From positions 58,087-78,086 of the forward strand of contig LVLI01000128.1 of NCBI GenBank assembly GCA_001687465.1: 20,000 nt of DNA, written 5' to 3'. Numbering within the stretch: the stretch's first letter is position 1; each line of letters starts with the position of its first letter. Positions 10,241 through 20,000 of this stretch are shown piece after piece. The notes beneath the pieces were generated by a model. The model saw nothing but the letters and a program-made list of their open reading frames with translations. It was not told the origin of the DNA and did not search any database. Origin of the DNA: Halocafeteria seosinensis. Lineage: Eukaryota. The position numbers were made by a program, and so were the translations under genes.

Positions 10241-13200
10241 ATGAAAGTTCTACACGTTGCTGAAAAGCCGTCTGTGGCACGAGAGTTGTCCAAGATACTC
10301 TGTCCTGGGAATCCTCGCTGCGTACGTATACCCTCTTAACGCATGGCGTATTTGAATTCCAACAATGAAACTGATCATGCAGCAAAACCGACAAGGAAAT
10401 GGAAATCCGGCGTACATCTTTCGCTCAAGTGCTCTAAGAAACCAGGAGGATGAGTTCGTGGTGACGTCGGTCCGAGGACACATCAAGGAAATAGAGTTTG
10501 ATCCAGCCTACAGGTATGTGAACCTCGAGCGAATCGTGGGCACATTCTCGAACACGTGCTATGTGGCTCTTTCAGGGGGTGGAATTCTTGTAACTTGAAG
10601 GATCTCTTTACTGCACCGCTGGTCAAATACGTTAAGACGGACATGTCGGATCTGGAAAAGGATCTGCGCAAATTCGCGAAGCAGAGTCAAATGCTGGTAC
10701 TGTGGCTCGATTGTGACCGAGAAGGAGAGAACATCGCCATGGAGATAAAGGAAATATGCTGTGACGCAAACCCACGGCTGGATGTAAGACGCGCTCGGTT
10801 CTCGTCAGTAACCCGCGCAGATATCCTAAACGCTATGTCTCGTCTTACCCTGCTTGGTATGTATCTCTCTTCCTCTGATTTCACCTTCGTGGTTCACTGT
10901 TAGTGAGAAAAACTTACTCCGGCACAGACGAAAAACAGTCGGAAGCCGTGGAAGCGAGACAAGAACTGGACTTCCGTTTAGGAGTCGTGTTTACACGCTG
11001 GCAAACGTTGAATTTCCAGGACAAATTCGGGATTGACTCCATTATCAGCTATGGTACCTGCCAATTTCCCACCCTTGGATTTGTAGTCGACAGGTATCGC
11101 GAAATCGAAACATTTATTGCTCGGAATTTCTGGTGCATCTCTGTCTCTGTCATGAACAATCTAAACGGTCCAAATTCAAATAGCCAGGTCCGTTTTGAGT
11201 GGAAGCGTGAAAGGCTCTATGATTATTTCTCCGCGCTTATCCTCTATCGGGACTGTTTGGAAGTGGAGACGGCGAGCGTGGAAAAAGTTAACAAGTCTCC
11301 TCGTTCTAGGAAGAAACCCATTCCGCTAGCGACAGTTGAGCTGCAGAAGCGTGCGTCGCGTTATTTGAAGCTTTCATCGGAAGAGACGATGAAGGTAGCA
11401 GAAAACTTATACCAGAATGGTTATATTAGCTATCCCCGAACAGAGACGGAGATTTTCCGCAAAACGGCTAATTTGGAGCAGAAAATCGGAATGTTTACAG
11501 AGCATAATACGTTCGGAAATTTCTCTAAATCCCTCCTTGGGCAGGAAGGCGTAAGTTCTGTGGGTTGAAATGATGCTGACTATGGTTTTCTGTATACTGT
11601 AGTCCATGTCGTACAGGTGAGTGATCCGAAGTTCTCATGGCCGCGACCCGGGCAACATGATGACGAGGCCCATCCACCCATTCACCCGACAAAGTGCGCT
11701 ACCCAAGGACAGCTCAGTGGTAAAGAGTGGAAACTGTATGAATTTATCGTTCGTCACTTTCTAGCTTGCTGCTCAAATGATGCAAAGGGAGATGGGACAA
11801 GTAGGTGCTTTTGCGGGACCGACTTAGTGATCGTTTGGATGCGTTACCTTTCCCCCATATATGTGTACACAGATATCGAAATTCAAATTGGCGAAGAAGA
11901 GTTTAGCACCTCTGGCCTGAGAATAACGGATCGAGCGTACTTAGAAATTTATCCATATGACAAATGGAGTGATAAAGAAGTACCAGAACTCGTTGAGGGT
12001 CAGCAGTTTACCCCGGATGAGATACTGTTAAATGAGAGCACTACGGAGCCTCCGCCACTGCTTTCTGAATCGGACCTGATCAACATTATGGATAAGAATG
12101 GTATCGGCACTGACGCTACTATAGCGGAGCATATTGCCACAATACAGCGAAGACGTTATGCAGAGAAAACGGATGATGGACGCTTCGTCCCTACTACACT
12201 GGGTATGGCGCTGATTCAGGGCTACACGAATCTCGACATTCCTTTGGGGAAGCCTTATCTACGTGCGGCGATGGAACGTGATTGTCACGCCGTTTGCCAT
12301 GGAGCCAAAAACCGGCAAAGCGTCGTGGAAGAATGCCTTAAGGACATGTATCGGGTGTTCTTAAAAGTGACTTCGAATGTGGCGTCTTTAGAAACTGAAC
12401 TTTCTCGATTTTTCGAACCGCAGGTACGTATGAACATTCCCTTTATCCCAGTTTTGTGTTTCTCACTGTATCCCCGGACTCAATATTGCAGGCCAGTAAT
12501 GCACAAGTAGTCCAAAGCCAGCTTTCGGAGTGTGGAGCTTGTGGAGGCTACCTGCAACTCAAGGTCGGGAACCGGGGCAAACGTGAGGCGTTCTGCCCGT
12601 CATGCTCACAGACCCATCCATTGCCATCCAAGGGGAAGATGAGCGGTTACGACTTTACATGTCCGCTATGTAACTTCCAGATACTGAGTATCCATAATGG
12701 AGAGGGCTATGAAGGCAAAGGATATACTCTGTGTCCCTCTTGCTACTCAAGAGGCGTACCGCCTGAGTCTGGAGTACAGCCCATAGAGCATGATGGTACG
12801 AATGCAACCATGCCGTGTTTTAAATGCCCGGCTGTGGAGCGATGTCGTATGGCAAAAGGCTCATCCCGGTCTAACGTTTTAGTTGGCTGCGGGGCGGGAA
12901 GTTGCAACGGGTCTCTCACCCTCAAGAGGACATCCACAGGAAGCTACATGGCAGGTTGCTCAAGTTACCCTCAGTGTAAACACGCTATTTTCTTACCAAA
13001 ACCGATAAAACGTGCAGTGGTGTCAGATTCGCTGTGCCGTCGCTGTCGCAATGGCGCTTGTACTGTGCCCAGATTGGAAATGACCTTTTCACACGGGGCA
13101 TTACCCCACGATGCCCCTAATCCTCTTACTGCTTGCGTTGTATGCAATGATCTGCCGATGCCGGCTTCGGAAGATGTCAGGAATACGGATCCTGAAGCTA

Positions 13201-13829
13201 CTACGAATGCTTTGCAGCGTTCGGAGGTCAACTCCCAAAACGCAAACCCGGTTGTAATGAATGATAGTCACCGCTCCAGTACAGCGACAGTGATTACCGA
13301 TGATGACATCACTATAGAAGACTCCAATGTTGGCGGTAGATATTTACAACCTTCAACAGCACCGTCTTCCTCGTTTGTAACCGCTCCCGGCGACGGAGGT
13401 GCCCCGCATGGATCGGCTCCTGTCCCCTTGTGTAAGAATCACCAAGAGCATTGTATTGTTCGGAAATCTACGTCTGCAAAGAATTCCGGTAGAGAGTTTT
13501 ACTGCTGCCCGCGGAATAAGTCCTCGGGAGGTTGCGGATTCCAACAGTGGGTTGACCAAGGGGGTGATTCTGCATCCGAGCCGTCAGTGTCGTTTTCGGC
13601 GCCATCCAGTAATGGTTCTTCTGGTACCTGCTACGTCTGCCAGCAACCTGGGCACTGGGCCAAAGACTGTCCAAATCAACGTGATGCATCTTCTAACAGA
13701 GGTCGAGGTTCAAGCAAAGGTCGAGGAGGGCGTGGTCGAGGCAGAGGAAGAGGATCGACAGCCGCAGGCAATAAGCGTTGTGGCAAGTGCAAGAAAACCG
13801 GTCACACCGCACATCAATGTAACTCTTGA
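10241..13829 (+). CDS. TOP3A: DNA topoisomerase III alpha (type IA, ~1062 aa); exons 10241-10321, 10383-10513, 10576-10856, 10928-11550, 11617-11800, 11873-12423, 12492-13829
   Basis: TOPRIM MKVLHVAEKPSVA and LWLDCDREGENI, SYGTCQFPTLGFVV, catalytic GYISYPRTET, AHPPIHPT, GIGTDATIAEHI. C-terminal C4 zinc ribbons, zf-GRF (NSGREFYCC..CGFQQWVD) and two CCHC knuckles. Six GT-AG introns (61, 62, 71, 66, 72, 68 nt), all phase-compatible. Confidence 0.93.
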
Positions 13830-13894
13830 AGCGTTTCTGTAGTAACGTTACCATAATTTGTGAATGCGTAAGTGTGTCTTGAATTTACTGGACC

Positions 13895-13909
13895 GATGAT
13901 GATGATGAT
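13895..13909 (+). repeat. (GAT)5 microsatellite downstream of TOP3A
   Basis: gatgatgatgatgat read directly. Confidence 0.8.
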
Positions 13910-14277
13910 GACGGCGCTTCGTTGTATAATTCATTCGGGATTTGTTGCTCATGGGAAGTATTGCTAACGAAATGAACACGATGCGCCAGCTTCATCTCTC
14001 GGTGTTTGCAGCCACCTGAGGCTGAAGCAAGCCATACAATGTGTGAACCACATCCCCGTAGAGGTTTCCTTCGCATCGTGTTTCAAGTGAAGATACCATC
14101 TGTATGTACCGTACATAGTGTACGTCTTCACGTCGTCTTGGATGCTTTGTGAAGTGGGAGACCTGCTCGGTCGAGTCGGTTCATTCCGAACTACGATGTT
14201 AGATGGAAGAGAATGAATCAAGGTGTTGTTTCGACCTTGCACATGATAGTGCTGTACTGTACTGTACAGTTCAAGAG

Positions 14278-16214
14278 ATGAATGGGAGTTCACCATTGTT
14301 GCGGGCGGCGGAGGCGCATGACGTTAGGCAATGCGAGTCATTGCTGTTGGACGGTGCCGACGCCAATACAAGGGATCCAGAGACGGGGGACACTCCATTG
14401 TACAGGGCGATCCAAGGGGGTGAGGAGGAGAATGCCCGGATTCGAACAATCGTATGCTTGAAACAACGAGGAGCTCAGGTGTTGGAGGCGAATGGCCAGC
14501 ACCAAACGCCTTTTCACAGTGCCTGCGCAAAGGGCTTCGATCTCACAGTGGCCTGTCTTTACGATGGAGCAGATTCGCCTACACGACACACTTTACTCCA
14601 CTCGCAGGACAGGCTTGGTAACACGCCCTTGCTCCTGGCAGCCAAAGGAGGGCATGGGTTCCTAGTGGAGTGGCTGCTTCGGGAAGGAGCTCCCGTCTCA
14701 GTACGTGATCGGGAGGGGAATACAGCGTTGCATATTGCAGCTAGGGATGGAAACTATTGGACAGCGCGAGAAATGCTCGGGCTGTCGCCGAACTCATCCA
14801 ATATACGGAATGCCAATGGATACACAGCAGCTGCTCTTGCGGCGCACTACGCCAAGCAAGCCTGGCCACCTCCACGAGCAGCCAACCTCTACCTGCTGGC
14901 ACTGCGATTGCAGTTTTCTCAGATTAATTCTGTTTGTGTCGGATGCGACTTCATAATTTGGACAGCCGAAAGAGGCGCGTGTTTGCTGCTGCCCATTGTA
15001 GCAGCAGCATCCGCCGAGAGTCTTCGCAGTGTAAGTGATCGACAGATTTGTACTTGTCGGAATTTTGCTCCACAGTATTTGGGAACATTGCTCTGCTGCA
15101 GCAAATGGCATCCACGAATGAAGAGATAGGTCCCATGACCTCGTTATTTATCATATTATGGAGCTTGATAATGATCTTATATGTTGCCCTTGCTACATGT
15201 GACCCAGGTAATATCACTGAATCAGGTGCCGGTATTCATTCCTCGGACTCGGACTCAGCCATTTTACCCCGATTGTCCGCGAGCGCAAAGGGATCTAAAA
15301 GCTATAGGAGTGCGTATCGGATAACGCTGAAGCACGGCTACTCCCAGAAACACCGCAAATTTTGCACAACATGTGGTATTGAACGCCCCGAGCGCAGCAA
15401 GCATGACCAGTATACAAATACCTGCGTACTGCGATTTGATCACTTTTGTCCCTGGGTAAACAATGCGGTGGGTGCTTTCAACTACCCGTACGTGCTTAAG
15501 CTTATTTCAACGGTGTTTTCCCACTTTTTTCGGTTTTAGTTTAAGTAAGCGGCGCAGATTCTACATCCTCTTCGTCTTTCTGGCCACATTTGCCTCATTC
15601 GTGTGGATAATCCTTTTCATCAAACAGCTGACGCGATTTCCTGGTATGTTTGAATGCAAACATAGCGACGTTGCCTTTTCATCACAACTGTCTTCTTCTG
15701 TTTGACTACTGCAGTTACGGTTTGGACGTTTGTCTTTGGCATTCAGCCTCTCTGGATGGGTGGATTTGGGATCATTCTGATTCTACAGCACGTTCGATTA
15801 ATGGCACGAAACCTCACAACCAATGAAGCTATAAATTTTCGAAAGTATCACTATCTATGGGATGATAGGAATCGCTTCTCCAACAAATATGATCGTGGGT
15901 CCGTAGGTGGTAATGCCATGGAGGTTTTCCAACTCTTGGGATACTGGCATTTGGCCTTCAATGGCTCTATTTTATTCTTCTCCAAGTTCTGCCGAAGATT
16001 GAGACCGTTACTACACCATTTGTATAGCAGATTAGCACGTGGTAGAGGCAAACTCGCAGCACCTCCAGGTAGTAAAGACCGAAGAAGTAGCTCTGCTGAC
16101 CACGTTGCCATCGACGTCCAGCAGTCTGCAGACAGTAGAGCAACGGGGACGGCAAGTCCTCTTTATCGTCAGACCAGTAGTGCTGGCACCACTGCGAACG
16201 GCAACTGGTTATGA
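14278..16214 (+). CDS. Ankyrin-repeat DHHC-family protein S-acyltransferase (Akr1/TIP1/ZDHHC17-type, DHFC variant, ~582 aa); exons 14278-15028(?), 15076-15487, 15558-15643, 15715-16214
   Basis: Ankyrin repeats ([41 protein letters not shown]), TM helix ending in [18 protein letters not shown]...[25 protein letters not shown] (TTxE) and NKYDRG motifs. Start (14203 vs 14278) and first donor uncertain. Confidence 0.88.
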
Positions 16215-16432
16215 CACGACACCGTGGAAGAAATTCGGGATGTCCCCTTCCTATCTCTAGCTTTGGTGGACATGGTGGTACCTTGAAGTGGTGACTTCCT
16301 GGATGTACCAGCCTGTACTACCAGGGACAGATCCTCAGTAGCTATTTGTCTGTCCGTATTGATATGATGATTCTTGTGTATCTAAATAAGTAGACTTGTT
16401 TTACTGTATGTATACTACCTGTATTGTGTATA

Positions 16433-17566
16433 ATGAGCAGTCAGACGGCGGCTCCTACGAGGGACGATGGGGGAGCTACGGACAGTCAGATTCATCCAAA
16501 TCACCCTTTTTTCCACTACTACGGGATGCTGGTCCACCAGCAGAATATGCTGCAGGACAATATCCGCACAGGGACCTACAGGAATGCCATGATCAGCAAC
16601 CCGAGTACCTTCAAGGACGCCGTTGTCCTGGATGTGGGCACAGGAAGTGGCGTGTTAGCTGTCTTTGCTGTACAAGCTGGGGCCAAGAAGGTGTATGCCG
16701 TGGAAGCGAGTGCCATTGCCGATCGTGCACGGCACTTGATTGAGGCGAATAACCTGTCGGATAAAATCACGGTGATCCGGGGCACAGTGGAGGAGATTGA
16801 GCTCCCGGAAAAAGTGGACATTGTCATTGCGGAAGCCATGGGGTTCTTGCTGGTGCATGAACAGATGCTACAGAGCTATATGAAGGCCAGGGATAAGTTC
16901 ATGAAGCCCAATGGACTCATGTTTCCGACCATTGGAACTATTAAAGTCGTGCCAATTTCGGACCATACCCTTTGGGGTGAGCAGGAAGCCAAGGCAGCGT
17001 TCTGGGACAACAAAAACTTTTTCGGACTCGATCTTAGCTGTCTACGACAAGCTGCTGCAGATGATCATTTTAGCCAACCGGTTGTAGGGACGTTTGACCC
17101 CTCTTGTATTATTAGCGAAGATATCTCAACCTACACCATTGATTTCAACAAAGATAGCCCCGAAAGTTTAGACCGCATTGAGATTCCACTCAAATTCAAA
17201 ATCACCAAAACGGGCGTACTACACGCTCTTGGAGCGTGGTTTGACGTGCTGTTTGACGGAAATGATGCCAAAGTGAAATTAGACACGGGGCCCTACGCAC
17301 CGCCAACGCATTGGTATCAATGCCGTTTAGTATTTAGTCGCCCTCTGGCTGTGAATGCTTCGCAAACTGTGTCGGGTAAAATGTTGTTAACTGCCAATAA
17401 GAAGTACAGCTACTTGATTGAGATAGAGATGAAGCTCGACGGTACGGATATCACGAGTCACGCGGTAATGAATCTACAAGACCAACAGTACTATTACTTA
17501 ACGCAACCGGAGTACAGTGCCTGGGGAGCAGGTTATGATCAGTTTGGAAATCCGCTAGCTAGATAG
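16433..17566 (+). CDS. CARM1: Protein arginine N-methyltransferase, CARM1/PRMT4-like catalytic core (377 aa, intronless)
   Basis: FFHYYG..HQQNMLQD..RT.TY (CARM1-type), motif I VLDVGTGSG, VYAVEAS, double-E loop AEAMGFLLVHEQML, THWYQ loop. Confidence 0.9.
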   Translation: MSSQTAAPTRDDGGATDSQIHPNHPFFHYYGMLVHQQNMLQDNIRTGTYRNAMISNPSTFKDAVVLDVGTGSGVLAVFAVQAGAKKVYAVEASAIADRARHLIEANNLSDKITVIRGTVEEIELPEKVDIVIAEAMGFLLVHEQMLQSYMKARDKFMKPNGLMFPTIGTIKVVPISDHTLWGEQEAKAAFWDNKNFFGLDLSCLRQAAADDHFSQPVVGTFDPSCIISEDISTYTIDFNKDSPESLDRIEIPLKFKITKTGVLHALGAWFDVLFDGNDAKVKLDTGPYAPPTHWYQCRLVFSRPLAVNASQTVSGKMLLTANKKYSYLIEIEMKLDGTDITSHAVMNLQDQQYYYLTQPEYSAWGAGYDQFGNPLAR

Positions 17567-18302
17567 GCAAAGGCAATGGAAGACGCCCTACCTGATCACG
17601 CTAGTTTGAAGCTTTTATTTGTCCTCGCCTCACTCTTAACTGTTGATTGTATCTCTCTCGACTTTAGACTATGTGAGGACCTACAGTATCTTCGAATAGA
17701 AATAGACGTCTAGCTCTTCTCCAAGGTTATGTGAATGATACATAACAATAACACGATCAACCATCGTCAATATGAACCGGGCGAGTTTTGACAAAACGAA
17801 CAGTAAAACTACAGTTTCATATTTGACTACATTTTAAGTCTTCCACGCCCGACGAAGGGTGCGCGTCTCATGGAACTGGGCGCGGTTGCTCCAGGAGCTC
17901 GCCGAGAACTGACTGTTGAAGAAACAACCTGTTTGTCCTGCAGGGACGGGGACAAAATGAATGGCATGGAAGTGAGTCCCCAAGGGATATCGCAGCGAAC
18001 ACTGTGCATGCAGTACGTTGCGCTGTACCGAGATGTCTTTTCTAGAGATACGTAGATTTTAGTTTGTTTTTTTCTGCTTCTGCCAAATAGATGCTTGGTT
18101 TGCAAGCGGGTATCTGTCCTCCATACTGCCATGCATTAGAAAATTTGCCGGCCATCCCATTCATAATTCCAGTTTTTTCTTTTTTCTCCCCTGTTTGCAT
18201 TATATCAGTTTGCTTTCCTACCCAGACTAGGTCACACTTAGTTTATATCTTCATTAAAATACCAGTAGTCAGTTCATGTTCCTAGCGAGACACGGACTGA
18301 AC

Positions 18303-18898
18303 CTATAAAATTTGGCACCGAAACTTTCTCTTTCGCTTTTTCTTTTTGAATTGATCATGGTCTGCATCGGGCCCATAATGCGTATTTGGTACCTCTTTTA
18401 TTTGTTCAAGATCCTGCTGATGTGTATCTGCGAAGCTAACTCGGCGAACGAGCTGTTGACTCTGGGATGCTCTGGGCGAGTCCTCTTGATCGTTTGATTG
18501 CTTGAGTATCGACCTCCTTCGACGATTTCTCTCCATGGCAGCCCCACTCATGGAATATGCGCGTACCAATTGCCTCCCTTTCGCATCAGGTGGGTCCTCC
18601 GACTCTGTAAAAACGGAAAAAAAGGCCGCCCTGCTTGATGAAAGAGGCAGCCAGCCAGCCGCATTACCGTCTTACCTGATTTCGTCCCCTCCCTGTCCAC
18701 CTGATTATACCGTTCATGGTGATGCGAGGTGGGTAGATTATCGGATATTTTCACGCTGCGTCCACCGGATGCTTTGTGCTTGGGTGTGGAGCTATTCTTC
18801 CCTGAAGCTAAGCTCGAGGGGCGTGGATTGGGTGGCATTGATCTCGAATGGAGAGCGTTGGTTGTCGAAATCACTTCGTGTTCACTTCTCTCCCCCAT
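18303..18898 (-). CDS. Small disordered protein with SILK and RVxF PP1-docking motifs and polybasic-CaaX C-terminus (~174 aa; exons 18898-18676, 18604-18303; start may lie further upstream)
   Basis: A 71-nt intron (18675-18605; cag|gtaag ... ttttccgtttttacag) joins ORF 18548-18931 in frame to ORF 18303-18569. Product ends RRRRSILKQ...RRVSFADTHQQDLEQIKEV...KKKKRKRKFRCQIL-stop. Confidence 0.75.
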
Positions 18899-19664
18899 TA
18901 TCCTCTCATTCGTGGGTGTGCGTGTAGACAAGGACGTAGCAGAAGGCCATGAAAAGCTCTATGATAGGATATCTGTCCTGAATAACGCTTTCTTTCTACG
19001 ATATGCTACAAAGAAACCACACTGTTACTACTACTTCTATGACTGTCAGCATTGTTATCTTCACCCAATACACGGCCTCCAGTTCGCCAGGCGGACACAT
19101 TGACAATACAAACACCAATGGAGCGTGTTTGCGGGGATGCGGACATCGACAACTCCAGCTGACAGATCACCACAAGAACTGGAACCATGTGGAATGACCT
19201 ACTAGGCTACATATGAACAGAATAAATTAATGTATGCGTGCAAAAAAAAGAAGTAAAACTGTGCCATTTGCACCATTTGGTGTACTGTCATAAAATAGCT
19301 GTGGTACATGCATCAGATTCAGATGCAGGTTACAGAGGTTATTTGGGTGGAATCGAGCCGCTTAAGACGGATATGTACAGCAAGAAGGCACGATTGGAGC
19401 AGGAGCAAGAGCAGGGGCAGAGCACTGAGAAACTACGTTGTGATTTGCTCTACAGTACTACCACGACGAAGATGTGACTGATGGCCTACCAGCAGCTGGA
19501 TCATCCTGGATGCCCGTGTCTGGCAGCTACAGGCCCGCTGCTGTACTTCCATCATGATTCACGATGATTCCTGAATTTTTTCTCATAGTGTCATTGTTCG
19601 CCAGGGTCCCCGTTTTCGGAATTGTTTTGTGACCCATGTTGAGCACGTGTAATCTCGCTAACTA

Positions 19665-19782
19665 GTCGCTAAGGGCGGGACTATGACACACACACACAAA
19701 CGTGACAGATAGCCCACCGGCCGGGAAGTTGACCGCATCCTCTTAACGAGGAGCGGTATGCGCCCGTGTTAAGCAGCGACGG
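19665..19782. repeat. Dispersed structured repeat, copy B, containing an (AC)6 tract at 19686-19698
   Basis: Reverse-complement homology to 8934-8993 with 21 extra nt (19721-19741); several nested inverted repeats. Confidence 0.88.
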
Positions 19783-20000
19783 CCCGCTGTTCCTGCAGCC
19801 TTGCTGACATGCGCCGTGAGGGAACACAGCACTGGTTGAGCTCAGGAGGCATCGGGGGAGGAGCCATGCCTGCGCCCACAATGTCAGAGGTACCGACAAG
19901 GCTCAGTCTGGCAGGAGAAGACCCTGAGCCTGCCACAGCGGCGCCAACGCCAAGACCGGTTGCAGCAGCGCAGGCAGGATGAAGTGTTGCTCCCGACGCA

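Noticed and set aside
17827..18285. Short ORFs between convergent CARM1 and CaaX genes
   Set aside because: Low-complexity T/A-rich sequence consistent with 3' UTRs; no motifs.
10241..18898. Functional gene cluster (RGG-tailed TOP3 beside a PRMT; acyltransferase near a CaaX protein)
   Set aside because: Adjacency in a compact eukaryotic genome is weak evidence, and CARM1 generally disfavours RGG substrates; conserved synteny would be needed.
8934..19782. A single 10.8-kb transposon with terminal inverted repeats
   Set aside because: No transposase and no evident target-site duplication; the interior holds ordinary housekeeping genes. Two independent insertions are more parsimonious.
1..20000. 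Alternative genetic code, CRISPR array, tRNA, rRNA or snRNA genes
   Set aside because: TGA, TAA and TAG each terminate modelled genes and ORF breaks are explained by GT-AG introns; no repeat-spacer array or recognisable RNA-gene signature was seen by eye.

Overview
Gene-dense eukaryotic nuclear DNA (about 50% GC, standard code) with short GT-AG introns of 44-88 nt, often with GTACGT/GTATGT donors; gene content and intron style suggest a stramenopile-like protist (inference). Manual splicing gives eight genes: the 3' end of an LRR protein, a double-AP2 transcription factor (-), an ankyrin/PH-like/U-box E3 ligase, an uncharacterised Cys-rich protein, DNA topoisomerase III alpha, an ankyrin-DHHC(DHFC) palmitoyltransferase, a CARM1/PRMT4-like methyltransferase, and a small SILK-RVxF-CaaX protein (-) that looks like a prenylated PP1-targeting subunit. 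Most notable unexplained features: (i) a structured non-coding element present twice in inverted orientation about 10.7 kb apart (8934-9022 and 19665-19782, 41/41 identical core); (ii) the PP1-docking CaaX protein, which the ORF track splits in two; (iii) coordinated loss of the second zinc site in the DHHC enzyme plus an ambiguous splice donor. No database searches were run; family calls come from recognised motifs.
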